NCBI GenBank assembly: GCA_029260575.1
Contig: JAJDDB010000006.1
Span: 19,300-83,299, forward strand
DNA length: 64,000 bases
Reading direction: 5' to 3'
DNA from: Phycisphaerales bacterium
GTDB lineage: Bacteria; Planctomycetota; Phycisphaerae; Phycisphaerales; SM1A02
Shown here: positions 28,022 to 37,655 of the stretch, piece after piece
Numbering within the stretch: the stretch's first letter is position 1
How the letters are laid out: every line of letters begins with the position of its first letter
Position numbers and translations under genes: made by a program
The notes under the pieces: generated by a model
What the model was told of the DNA's origin: nothing
Seen by the model: only the letters and a program-made list of their open reading frames with translations
Database searches by the model: none

Positions 28022-29278
28022 TTACAAATCCGTCGGCGATGTGCACAGGCCACAGGGAACAGCCCAACCGGGCTGCGGTTCATCAAGATTCACACCCGGC
28101 GTCTCAATCGCCTGGTCGGTGCGATAACGTGCCAATGGGTCGCCGAGCTGGGCCGGCAACCGAAGTTCTTTCACCACCGCCTGGCACAGCCACATCTGCC
28201 GCGACTCGCCGCCAAGGAAGATCGCACGATCGACCGGCCGGCTCGGAAACAAGCCGCGGTGGTAACGCAGCGACATCGAAAGCTCATCGGTAATCGTGTC
28301 CAGCAACTCCGTCATATCGACGTTGGTGTTCTCAAGACTCATCGATGCAGGTTTCAGTGTGCAGGCAAGTTCTACAGGTGTCTGCTCGCCGCGGCGCTCT
28401 TGCTCCGTCGCAACAGCAGCAGCTTCGTCTTCCGCTGCAAGCTTCTTGTCCGCAGCTGCGCGATCTGATGCAGAACGCAGCAGCGCAGTCTGGGTGATCT
28501 TCTCGGAGCGCTCGGTCGCGTTCTTCAGTGAACGCTTCTCCAGCGCCAGACGATGCCCGCGTGCAGTGGGAATGTCGCAGTGCAGGGTATTGGCAACCAA
28601 CTGATCAAAGTGCTTGCCGCCAACCGGGATATACCGCGAGAACACGATCTGCTGGCCGTGTGTGATGGCGACGCGCGTGCCGCCCCAACCCATGTCTACG
28701 TACAGCGATGTGACATTCTTGTCCGACTCGCGACGATTGATGTGATCAAACGCGCGCACCATCGCGACAATCTCGGTGTGTACGCCAACGACTTCCAGGC
28801 GCTGCTTCTTGAGCAGATCAATGTAGCGCATGACGATATCGCGCGACACTGCGAAACAGATCATCTCGGATTTGTTCTGCGCGCTTCGAGCAGCATCGGG
28901 CACTTCAATGGTCCGCACGACGACGCTTCGGGGCGCGATGCCGAGCTTGGCCTGCAACTCCGCAAGCACCATTTCCTGAAGTTTGACGCCATCAGCGGTG
29001 GTAATCTGCATGTGCTGAATAAACGTGCTGGCGCTCGGAACGGTCGTTACTACGCGCTTGCCGCGGAACTTGCCGTCCTTGAGTATCTTGGGCAATTCCT
29101 GCTGCAAGAGGAGGAACTGGCGATCGGGGTCCTGTCGGACAGCCTCGGGAATCGGAATCTCCGCAGCAGCCACCAACGCCGGCTTTTCACCGCGCGACAG
29201 CTGTAGCAGCTTCACCGACGCCGATCCAAAGTTGATCGCTATCGGGGAGATTTGGCCCGAGAACATTGAAAACCCCAT
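28022..29278 (-). CDS. pilM: type IV pilus assembly ATPase-fold protein PilM
   Basis: Reads IAINFGSASVKLLQL...VTTVPSASTFIQHM...LYVDMGWGGTRVAI...IFLGGESRQ (actin/FtsA-like PilM pattern). Start taken at Met 29278. The track start is 29350. Confidence 0.8.
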   Translation of the reverse strand: MGFSMFSGQISPIAINFGSASVKLLQLSRGEKPALVAAAEIPIPEAVRQDPDRQFLLLQQELPKILKDGKFRGKRVVTTVPSASTFIQHMQITTADGVKLQEMVLAELQAKLGIAPRSVVVRTIEVPDAARSAQNKSEMICFAVSRDIVMRYIDLLKKQRLEVVGVHTEIVAMVRAFDHINRRESDKNVTSLYVDMGWGGTRVAITHGQQIVFSRYIPVGGKHFDQLVANTLHCDIPTARGHRLALEKRSLKNATERSEKITQTALLRSASDRAAADKKLAAEDEAAAVATEQERRGEQTPVELACTLKPASMSLENTNVDMTELLDTITDELSMSLRYHRGLFPSRPVDRAIFLGGESRQMWLCQAVVKELRLPAQLGDPLARYRTDQAIETPGVNLDEPQPGWAVPCGLCTSPTDL

Positions 29279-29487
29279 CGGTGCGTAGCCTCCTGCTCTG
29301 ATCGCGCAGCGCACTGGTGGCGCGCGACTGTTGCAGTTGATCGACGTCATATCACCCCCGGTTGAGACCGCATCGTGCTGCGGGCGAATCAGTTGACGCA
29401 GTGGTGCCGATAATGCAGCGATGAGGCGCAGTGTTGGGGCGATAACTCGCGCGAGATGCGTGCCGAACAGATTGCTGACCTTCCTTA

Positions 29488-30117
29488 TCAGCCGCGCAGC
29501 AGTTCGATCGCTTTCGTCATCGCAGTTCCGAGCGCGTTCAATGCTGCATCCAGATTCCAGCTTTGGCCGGCCCGGTCGCCTGTGGTGTTGCTGATCGTTC
29601 GCAGCTCGATTGCGGGGATGCGCAATCGCCGTGCTGCGTGTACTACCGCAGCGCCTTCCATTGCTTCTGCGACTGCGCCGGTTCGGCGGACGACTTCCGC
29701 TGCGGCTGCATCGGTACCCGAACAGGTCGCAACGGTGGTAATCGGACCGATCGCAAACTGTGCGCTCAATTGTTCGAGCAGTGTTTCAGCGACCGGGACT
29801 CTGTTGCCGGTGAAATCGCCGAGGTCGAGTCCGATTGACGACAGCGGCGCAAATCCGCCGTTGGTGATGATGCCCTCTTCCATATAGATACATGCACTGG
29901 CGACGATCGCATCGCCGATTGCCAGTTCGCTGCCAGGCAGCGCCCCCGCCACGCCCGCATTGAGAACCACATCAAACGGTCCGCGTTTCAGGATTGCTTC
30001 GGTGGTGGCCGCGGCAGCGTTGGTTCTGCCTATGCCGGAGACGATCACGACAACATCATCGGCCGGCGATATCGCCCGGGCTTCTTTCTCGACGGATGTA
30101 ATGATGAGAATGCGCAC
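29488..30117 (-). CDS. mqnB: futalosine hydrolase / PNP_UDP_1-family nucleosidase
   Basis: 209 aa. MRILIITSVEKEARAI...VSGIGRTNAAAATTEAI...EAMEGAAVVHAA...LRTISNTTGDR..W matches the MqnB-type pattern. Confidence 0.6.
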   Translation of the reverse strand: MRILIITSVEKEARAISPADDVVVIVSGIGRTNAAAATTEAILKRGPFDVVLNAGVAGALPGSELAIGDAIVASACIYMEEGIITNGGFAPLSSIGLDLGDFTGNRVPVAETLLEQLSAQFAIGPITTVATCSGTDAAAAEVVRRTGAVAEAMEGAAVVHAARRLRIPAIELRTISNTTGDRAGQSWNLDAALNALGTAMTKAIELLRG

Positions 30118-30122
30118 GCTAC

Positions 30123-31475
30123 TTACCGCTTTGCGGAGCGCACCAGTTGCGCGACATCGTTCAATGCAACTGTGTCCTGGTCCTGCGTTTCGAGATTCTT
30201 GAGTTGGACATTTCCATTCTGGAGTTCATCGCCGACGATGACTGCGAATCGTGCGCTGCATTTGTTTGCATCGCCGAGCAACTTGCCGACGTTGCGTGTG
30301 GATTTGTAACTCTGCCTCACATGCAGGCCGGCGGTGCGGAGCTCGCTGATCAGTTTCGTTGCGTGGCTGTCAGTATCTTCATTGGCGCTGATGACAAAAA
30401 CATCCGGCTGCGTGCCGAAATGTTGTGCAATCTCTGTTTCACTGGGAAGCAATCCGCGATCTTCCAACATCAAGCGCAATACAACATCACCCATTGCGAC
30501 GCCGACTGCCGGTGTTGACGGGCCGCCGAAGAGTTCGACTAGTCCGTCGTAGCGCCCTCCGCCAGCGATTGCGCGTTCTTTGCCGGTGGTTTCATGGACT
30601 TCGAAGACTGTGCCGGTGTAGTACGCAAGGCCGCGCACTATGGAAAGATCCAATGACACCCAGTCTCCCAAGCCGCGCTCCAAGAGTGACCAGCCTGTCA
30701 ACAGAATCGAATTGACATCGAGCGCGCCTCTCATTTGAGTCTGAAGTTTTCGCCATATCGGTGAGTTCCGCGCATCCGATTCGAATGCGACGCTCGACAC
30801 TGTTGACACATAGTCATCAAACTCAGCAAATGAAAAGCCTATGCTTTTCGCGATTCTCTCGGCCTTATTTGATTCAATTCGATCGCGACGATCAAGAAGT
30901 TCAAGCGCCATCGAGTGATGCTGTTCGTCTACACCTATCGCGAGAAGAATGCCGATTATGACCGGCCTAGAACCAAGTGCCACTCGAACATTGGACGCGG
31001 CAAGCCCAAACCGCTTCAACACATCAATCACACACGCGATGACTTCGGCATCGGCACGCGGTGAATCATCACCCAGCACATCGATGTTCCACTGAAAAAA
31101 CTCGCGCAATCTGCCGCGCTGCGGGCGCTCAGCGCGGAAGAAGCTCGGTATGCAGAACCACTTCGTGGGCTTGGGCAGTTGTCCCGCTCTGGCTGAGTAC
31201 ATCCGCGCGAGCGTGGGTGTGAACTCCGGCCGAAGTGCGTAATCGGTATCACCATCTGCGCGACGAAAACTGAACAACTGGCTGACGATTTCTTCGCCGC
31301 TTTTGCGGGTGTACAGTTCCAGATGTTCGAATGTCGGGCCGTCGATTTCTTCGAAGCCGTGGTTGATTGAGACCTCGCGCCAGACCGACTCGATATACCT
31401 GCGAACAGCCATCTCGGCTGGATAGAAGTCGCGCGTGCCTTTGGGGGCCTGAAATTTGTGCGTCATGTCCGCCAT
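30123..31475 (-). CDS. hisS: histidine--tRNA ligase
   Basis: Reads FQAPKGTRDFYPAEMAVRRYIE, LRPEFTPTLARMY, FRAERPQRGRLREFFQ and AIAGGGRYDGLVELFGG (class II motifs). Confidence 0.92.
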   Translation of the reverse strand: MADMTHKFQAPKGTRDFYPAEMAVRRYIESVWREVSINHGFEEIDGPTFEHLELYTRKSGEEIVSQLFSFRRADGDTDYALRPEFTPTLARMYSARAGQLPKPTKWFCIPSFFRAERPQRGRLREFFQWNIDVLGDDSPRADAEVIACVIDVLKRFGLAASNVRVALGSRPVIIGILLAIGVDEQHHSMALELLDRRDRIESNKAERIAKSIGFSFAEFDDYVSTVSSVAFESDARNSPIWRKLQTQMRGALDVNSILLTGWSLLERGLGDWVSLDLSIVRGLAYYTGTVFEVHETTGKERAIAGGGRYDGLVELFGGPSTPAVGVAMGDVVLRLMLEDRGLLPSETEIAQHFGTQPDVFVISANEDTDSHATKLISELRTAGLHVRQSYKSTRNVGKLLGDANKCSARFAVIVGDELQNGNVQLKNLETQDQDTVALNDVAQLVRSAKR

Positions 31476-31552
31476 CGACGCAAGTGTACCGACCTGCTGT
31501 TATTTGGCTGGCGACAGGCGACAATCCGGTAAACCAACTATCCTGTTGGGTT

Positions 31553-32614
31553 ATGGCCATGACAGTCGCGGAACTGGCTGCGAAGATCGGTGCGGACGTC
31601 CGAGGCGACGGCACGCAGACGGTGTCTCGATGCGGCGGCCTGGAAGAAGCTGATGAACATACCGTCAGTTTTCTGGCCAACCGGCGATATGTGAAACGCC
31701 TCAAGGACACCAAAGCCGCTGCGATCGTGCTTTCGCCGGGTGATGCGGACCGGGCCGGCGAGCGGACACTGCTCGTGGCGAGCGAACCGTACTTTGCCTT
31801 CCGCGAGGCGGTGGTCACGCTGCACGGCTTTCGCAATCAGCCGAAAACCGGCGTCAGCGATCTTGCGGTCATTCACGAAACCGTAACACTCGGAAGAAAC
31901 TGCTGCGTGCAGCCGTTTGCAGTCATCGAAGCAGGCGCATCGCTCGGCAGCAACTGCACGATTTATCCGCATTGTGTGATCGGGCCGAATGTCACCATCG
32001 GCGACGACTGTATCGTCTACCCCGGCGTGGTGATCTACGACGATACCGTCATCGGCAACCGCGTGACGATTCATGCCAACAGCGTCATCGGCGAAGACGG
32101 CTTCGGGTACGCCACCGAGAAAGGCGTGCACCACAAGATTCCACAGATCGGCAACGTGGTGATTGAAGATGATGTCGAGATCGGAGCAGGCTGCGCAATC
32201 GATCGGGCAACGCTCGGGTCGACGGTCATCGGCACGGGTACAAAATTCAGCAATCTCATTGCGATCGGCCACGGCACGAAGGTCGGTCCGCACAATCTGT
32301 TTGTCGCGCAAGTCGGCATTGCAGGATCATCAAAGACCGGCAGTCATGTCGCGATCGGCGGGCAGGCAGGCGTCACCGGGCACATTACGATCGGCGACCG
32401 CACACAAATTGCAGCCAAGACCGGCGTCGTGCAGAATATTCCCGCCGATCAACAATGGGGCGGTTACGCCGCAATGCCGCTTGATGACATGAAGAAAGTT
32501 GCGTGGGAGGTGATTCACCTGCCGGGTCTTGTGGAGGAAGTGGCGCAGCTTCAAAAGCGCATTCAGCAGCTCGAACGGGGACGTGATGCAGGAACAGGAC
32601 AATCAGCGCAGTAG
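31553..32614 (+). CDS. lpxD: UDP-3-O-acylglucosamine N-acyltransferase
   Basis: Reads MTVAELAAKIGADVRGDG...VSFLANRRYVKRLKDTKAAAIVL, then left-handed beta-helix hexapeptide repeats (IGDDCIVYPGVVIYDDTVIGNRVTIHANSVIGEDGFG). ATG at 31553. Confidence 0.9.
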   Translation: MAMTVAELAAKIGADVRGDGTQTVSRCGGLEEADEHTVSFLANRRYVKRLKDTKAAAIVLSPGDADRAGERTLLVASEPYFAFREAVVTLHGFRNQPKTGVSDLAVIHETVTLGRNCCVQPFAVIEAGASLGSNCTIYPHCVIGPNVTIGDDCIVYPGVVIYDDTVIGNRVTIHANSVIGEDGFGYATEKGVHHKIPQIGNVVIEDDVEIGAGCAIDRATLGSTVIGTGTKFSNLIAIGHGTKVGPHNLFVAQVGIAGSSKTGSHVAIGGQAGVTGHITIGDRTQIAAKTGVVQNIPADQQWGGYAAMPLDDMKKVAWEVIHLPGLVEEVAQLQKRIQQLERGRDAGTGQSAQ

Positions 32615-33356
32615 TCCGTATTTCCACACGGATGTAAGCGCGCCGCCACAGACGACTGCTGGGGCAATTGCGCTGCCCCCACGCTCATCCGGCATGGCAC
32701 TCACGAGCATGATTCTGGGGATACTCGCGCTGGTTGTTGTGTTGCCGTCGATTTGCCTGCCACCACTTGCGGTCTTGTCATTTGTGCTGGCTATAGTCGG
32801 GTTGGTGCTGGGGATCTTGGCTTTGCGCGCGATTGCCAGAAGCAATGGCGAATCCGTCGGCCGGGGACTTGCTATGACGGGAATCATCACTTCCGCCATT
32901 GCTGAAGGTGTGTCGTTGCTCCTGATTGTTTTCATAGTGACGATGGCCGGCTCACTTGTAACTGCCATGCGAGACATGACTACGGTAGCCAGCGGTAGAA
33001 CATTGTTCAGCGCATTTGAGCAGTATTCGATGGACAACGTCGGTTCTTTTCCCTCGGTGCATACGTGGCGAAGTGACATCGAGGTGCCTGCTTCAATCTC
33101 TGAACAACAACTGAAATCCTGGGTGATGAACGAGCATCTTCAAGGGATGCGGTTCCGCGAGATTCCTGATCCCGCAAAGACGGTGCTGGCGTTTGAGGTC
33201 AATATCAATGGGTACACAGCAGCCGATGCATCGCTGGCCGAAATGAGTTGGTCGCCGCACTATCGTTATGTTGTCGTCTTCGTCAACGGCCAGACACGTG
33301 AAGTTTCAGTGGATGAAGTAAACGAACTACTCTGGGATCCAACTGCTTCGCCATAA
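32586..33356 (+). CDS. DUF4190-like membrane protein with a pilin-like third helix and C-terminus (paralog A)
   Basis: Reads MALTSMILGILALVV...FVLAIVGLVLGILALRAIARSNGESVGRGLAMTGIITSAI (DUF4190 pattern). C-terminus YRYVVVFVNGQTREVSVDEV. Overlaps the lpxD 3' end by 29 nt. Confidence 0.6.
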   Translation: MQEQDNQRSSPYFHTDVSAPPQTTAGAIALPPRSSGMALTSMILGILALVVVLPSICLPPLAVLSFVLAIVGLVLGILALRAIARSNGESVGRGLAMTGIITSAIAEGVSLLLIVFIVTMAGSLVTAMRDMTTVASGRTLFSAFEQYSMDNVGSFPSVHTWRSDIEVPASISEQQLKSWVMNEHLQGMRFREIPDPAKTVLAFEVNINGYTAADASLAEMSWSPHYRYVVVFVNGQTREVSVDEVNELLWDPTASP

Positions 33357-33378
33357 CACCACTACTGCGAGAAACCTG

Positions 33379-34119
33379 ATGGCTGACGACCAAAATACTT
33401 CCCGACATTCTCCGCCAACTCGACAGGGCAATCTGCCGGATCAGCAGCGTCCGCCAACCTCGGGCATGGCAATCGCCAGTCTTATACTCGGGCTTGCGGG
33501 TTTCGTGACGTGTTTCACCTCGGTGATCGGCCTGATTCTCGGCATTGTGTCGCTGCGGCGCATTCGCGTATCCAATGGAAAGCTCGGCGGCAATGGTGTT
33601 GCCATAGCGGGGATTTCCATCTCCAGTGCTTCGATTCTTATCAGCGGGCTGATGACGATTTTTCTCCTGATTGCGCTGATGCTTCCAGCACTTGGTAAGG
33701 CGCGCGAGGCAGCGCAAGGGCTGCGGATGCAGGCCGAAGCCCTGACACTTGCCCAAGCGATGACGGACTACCACATCAATAACAACAGTCTGTTTCCACC
33801 CGCCGATGATTGGCGCGCCGCGCTGGAAGACGATGCGGAAGCTGCAACAGGTGACGATATGCTCGTGCTTCCTGCCGGGTTCAGCATGAACGAAGCGCTC
33901 GGCGGTTTGTATGCGTACGACGTTCTGCAACCGGAACGCACGGTGCTTTTCTTCGAAACCCCGCAAGGCAGCACGCTTGCGGGTGGTCGTGAACTCCTGT
34001 CCCCGCAGCCGCAGTTCTTCACTGGATTCGTCATTGTGTTTGTTGATGCGCACGTCGATCAGGTTCCGATTGAGTCGCTGGATGACTTGATTTGGGAACC
34101 TGTGCGCAAAACTGAGTAA
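33379..34119 (+). CDS. DUF4190-like membrane protein fused to a pseudopilin-like segment (paralog B)
   Basis: Reads MAIASLILGLAGFVTCFTSVIGLILGIVSLRRIRVSNGKLGGNGVAIAGISIS, then LLIALMLPALGKAREAAQGLRMQAEALTLAQAM. Compare the pseudopilin at 37656: ILLPALVGARKTGQMAASMSNMKQI. C-terminus FVIVFVDAHVDQVPIESL. Confidence 0.65.
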   Translation: MADDQNTSRHSPPTRQGNLPDQQRPPTSGMAIASLILGLAGFVTCFTSVIGLILGIVSLRRIRVSNGKLGGNGVAIAGISISSASILISGLMTIFLLIALMLPALGKAREAAQGLRMQAEALTLAQAMTDYHINNNSLFPPADDWRAALEDDAEAATGDDMLVLPAGFSMNEALGGLYAYDVLQPERTVLFFETPQGSTLAGGRELLSPQPQFFTGFVIVFVDAHVDQVPIESLDDLIWEPVRKTE

Positions 34120-34142
34120 GAGAAGAATCGCGTGCTCATGAG

Positions 34143-34171
34143 AAAAGCCCAAGGTGCTTTCCCTGGGCTTT
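34143..34171. terminator. hairpin between the convergent DUF4190-B and nusG genes
   Basis: aaaagcccaagg-tgctttc-cctgggcttt has a 7 bp perfect outer stem (aagccca/tgggctt), flanked by an A-run and a T-run. Confidence 0.4.
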
Positions 34172-34201
34172 AGTCTTTGTCTCGTGGAATGCGTGCGGTG
34201 G

Positions 34202-34981
34202 TTATTCCGCTTTTTGAACCTGCCAGTACTTGAGTTCGATCGGCGCCTGACGGCCGAAGATCGTGACGAGCACGCGGACCTGCCCCTTATCCGGTTGCAC
34301 TTCGTCGATCGTGCCTTCGAGATTTTCGAATGGACCTTCCTTGATGGTGACGTGATCGCCCTGCTGGAACTCCATCTTGATTTCGGGCGTTTCCTCGGGC
34401 AGGCGCGAGTCAAAGAGCATTTTCTCGACTTCTGCGGGGCTCATCGGTGTCGGCCGGCCGGCTGTGCCGACGAAGTCGCCTACACCAGTGGTTTCCTTGA
34501 TGAGGAAGAACACATCCTGCGGGATACGGCCGTCATCTTCGAGTTTCATCTCGACAAACGTGTAGCCGGGGTAGAGCTTGGTTTCGGTGACGCGGGTTTT
34601 GCCACCCTTCATCGTCATGGTCTTTTCAGTGGGAACCATGATTCGGCCGACGCGAACTTGCAGACCTTCGATCTGTACCTTGCGCAGCAGGGTGTCGCGC
34701 ACGTAGCTTTCCTTGTTGGAAGCGACGCGGAGTACGAACCAGTCGAAGCCCTCGCGGTACATCGGTATGTCGACTGCGGGGTCGAACGTCTTGCTGTCAT
34801 CAGCCTCCTCAGCAGCGGCTGGCGCGGCTTCGGCCGGCGGCGACGCAGGAGCAGCAGTTGGTTTGGACTTCGGTGACGGCTGGGCTGCAGCGGTCTCGGC
34901 TGGCGCTTCGGTCTGCGCAGTTTCGACATCGGTCTTGTCTGCCTGCTGCTCGCTTGATGTATTCAGTTCATTCATATGCAA
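34202..34981 (-). CDS. nusG: transcription termination/antitermination factor NusG with an Ala/Pro/Glu-rich N-terminal extension of about 75 aa
   Basis: Has WFVLRVASNKESYVRDTL (NGN), YPGYTFVEM and GDHVTIKEGPFENLEGTIDEV...VRVLVTIFGRQAPIEL (KOW). Confidence 0.9.
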   Translation of the reverse strand: MHMNELNTSSEQQADKTDVETAQTEAPAETAAAQPSPKSKPTAAPASPPAEAAPAAAEEADDSKTFDPAVDIPMYREGFDWFVLRVASNKESYVRDTLLRKVQIEGLQVRVGRIMVPTEKTMTMKGGKTRVTETKLYPGYTFVEMKLEDDGRIPQDVFFLIKETTGVGDFVGTAGRPTPMSPAEVEKMLFDSRLPEETPEIKMEFQQGDHVTIKEGPFENLEGTIDEVQPDKGQVRVLVTIFGRQAPIELKYWQVQKAE

Positions 34982-35029
34982 ACTCCCGGCCGGTTGGGGT
35001 GCAACGGCACAGCGGCCCGATCAATGCGA

Positions 35030-35437
35030 TCAGGATTCCAGCACGTTGATCACGCCGAAGAACCACGCGTATCCGATATCGAGCACAAAGATCAGCATCG
35101 CAATCAGAAACGTCATCAGAATGACGATCCATGTGGAGCCGAGGATTTCCCTGCGAGTGGACCAATTGACTTTTTTCATCTCGCCTTCAGTGGCGATCAT
35201 GAAATCGACAACCTTGCGATGTCGGCCGATGTAGTAGTAAATGAGAACTCCGCCGACTACGCAAAACAGAAGTGCGCCGGTGCCGGAGATATAGATCTGT
35301 TCAACGCCGCCGATGCGCACGGTTCCGAGTACATCCCACAGCCACAGCGCGCCCATTGCGGCAAGCAATCCGTAGGCAATGGCTGAGACCCACCGTGTGT
35401 AATATCCCTGGCCTTGTTTGTAGATGCCTGCTGCCAT
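35030..35437 (-). CDS. secE: preprotein translocase subunit SecE (three-TM form)
   Basis: Reads ...VVDFMIATEGEMKKVNWSTRREILGSTWIVILMTFLIAMLIFVLD, the conserved SecE C-terminal helix. Positioned between tRNA-Trp and nusG. Start at Met 35437. The longer track ORF would run through the tRNA. Confidence 0.85.
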   Translation of the reverse strand: MAAGIYKQGQGYYTRWVSAIAYGLLAAMGALWLWDVLGTVRIGGVEQIYISGTGALLFCVVGGVLIYYYIGRHRKVVDFMIATEGEMKKVNWSTRREILGSTWIVILMTFLIAMLIFVLDIGYAWFFGVINVLES

Positions 35438-35610
35438 TGCTTTGCTCCACCGAATGATTGCCAGACTGATCGACGAGTTGATCCGCAACATGCTGCTGCA
35501 GACGGCGACGTACGAATCGGTAACCGTGTGTCCTCCCGGCTGCGCGATTCGCGAATCGGAACCGGAGCCAAGTGCTTGATGCCGGCCTTCTCGAACGCGA
35601 CCGGACCCAA

Positions 35611-35683
<73 letters not shown>

Positions 35684-35767
35684 AAAGTACCAAACGAGCT
35701 GCGACTGTACGGGAGTGGTCGTGCGGTCGTCCGCACACCGCCTCCTCACAGTCCGGCTCGTCGAACT

Positions 35768-35947
35768 TTACTTCCGTTTGATCTTATGCAACGTATGCTT
35801 GCGCAAGCGCGGGCAGTACTTTTTGATCCCGGCTTTGAGCTTCTCGGGCATACCGCCCTTGACGCGCACGCTGGTTCGATAATTCAAATCGCTGGTCTCC
35901 GTGCATTGGAGCCAGACGTGTTCGCGATCGGCTGCTTTCTTGGCCAT
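35768..35947 (-). CDS. rpmG: 50S ribosomal protein L33
   Basis: Below the ORF-track size cutoff. Reverse translation gives MAKKAADREHVWLQCTETSDLNYRTSVRVKGGMPEKLKAGIKKYCPRLRKHTLHKIKRK (59 aa). GGAG lies upstream. Confidence 0.9.
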   Translation of the reverse strand: MAKKAADREHVWLQCTETSDLNYRTSVRVKGGMPEKLKAGIKKYCPRLRKHTLHKIKRK

Positions 35948-35963
35948 GTGATAAAACTCCAGT

Positions 35964-35990
35964 CAGCCCCGGGTCGATGACCCGGGGCTG
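35964..35990 (-). terminator. strong GC hairpin between tuf and rpmG (attenuator or partial terminator)
   Basis: cagccccgggtc-gat-gacccggggctg is a perfect 12 bp palindrome 13 nt after the tuf stop. On the minus strand it is followed by ACTGGAGTTTTATCAC and then the rpmG ATG. Confidence 0.5.
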
Positions 35991-36002
35991 CATGGCAGAT
36001 GA

Positions 36003-37199
<1,197 letters not shown>

Positions 37200-37338
37200 C
37201 GGAACAATCTCCAGAACGATTCTCGCGCCGACACGAACGTGCCGGCGCAACGAACAATAAAATTCTCCGTGGACGGACAGTCCATCCTCGGTGATCAATC
37301 ATACTCCTGCAACCCGCAACCACGTGTCACAGCAGAAG

Positions 37339-37410
37339 AGCCACCGACGGGACTTGAACCCGTGACCTCACCCTTACCAAGGGTGTGCTCTACCACTGAG
37401 CTACGGTGGC
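37339..37410 (-). tRNA. trnT: tRNA-Thr (anticodon GGU)
   Basis: Hand-folded: GCCACCG-TA-GCTC-AGTGGTA-GAGC-A-CACCC-TTGGTAA-GGGTG-AGGTC-ACGGG-TTCAAGT-CCCGT-CGGTGGC-T. 72 nt. It has the classical position upstream of tuf. Confidence 0.9.
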
Positions 37411-37538
37411 CAGAGGTGGCCGGAAACCGGGTGGCCAGAATCGACAACGTCGATCGTTGGCATTCGAACCTGAGGGCACATTTCAGCGTCCTGCTGGCCC
37501 CTGGTCAATCGGCATTCCCACCTGAACACCCGACCATG

Positions 37539-37567
37539 AAAAACCGCTCCGGATCAGACAGGAGCGG
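37539..37567 (-). terminator. intrinsic terminator downstream of the pseudopilin-like gene
   Basis: On the minus strand: ccgctcc-tgtctgatcc-ggagcgg followed by TTTTT. 7 bp perfect stem. Confidence 0.55.
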
Positions 37568-37655
37568 GCACGTAGTGTAGCCATCTGGACGCAGTGAGCA
37601 AGTGCCCCAGACCGAGTTTCTCGGACGCAGCCATCGGCGTTTCAAGGCCTCAGCT

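Noticed and set aside
33283-34413. 376 aa minus-strand ORF spanning DUF4190-B, the intergenic hairpin and part of nusG
   Set aside because: It crosses two well-supported genes on different strands plus a terminator-like hairpin. Arg/Ser-rich shadow frame.
37440-37510. tRNA-like fragment (ggcattcgaacctgagggc, a TTCGAA box) upstream of tRNA-Thr, where tRNA-Tyr or tRNA-Gly often sit
   Set aside because: I could not fold a T-arm, because the bases flanking the TTCGAAT loop are not complementary. I also found no acceptor or anticodon stems. At best it is a decayed remnant.
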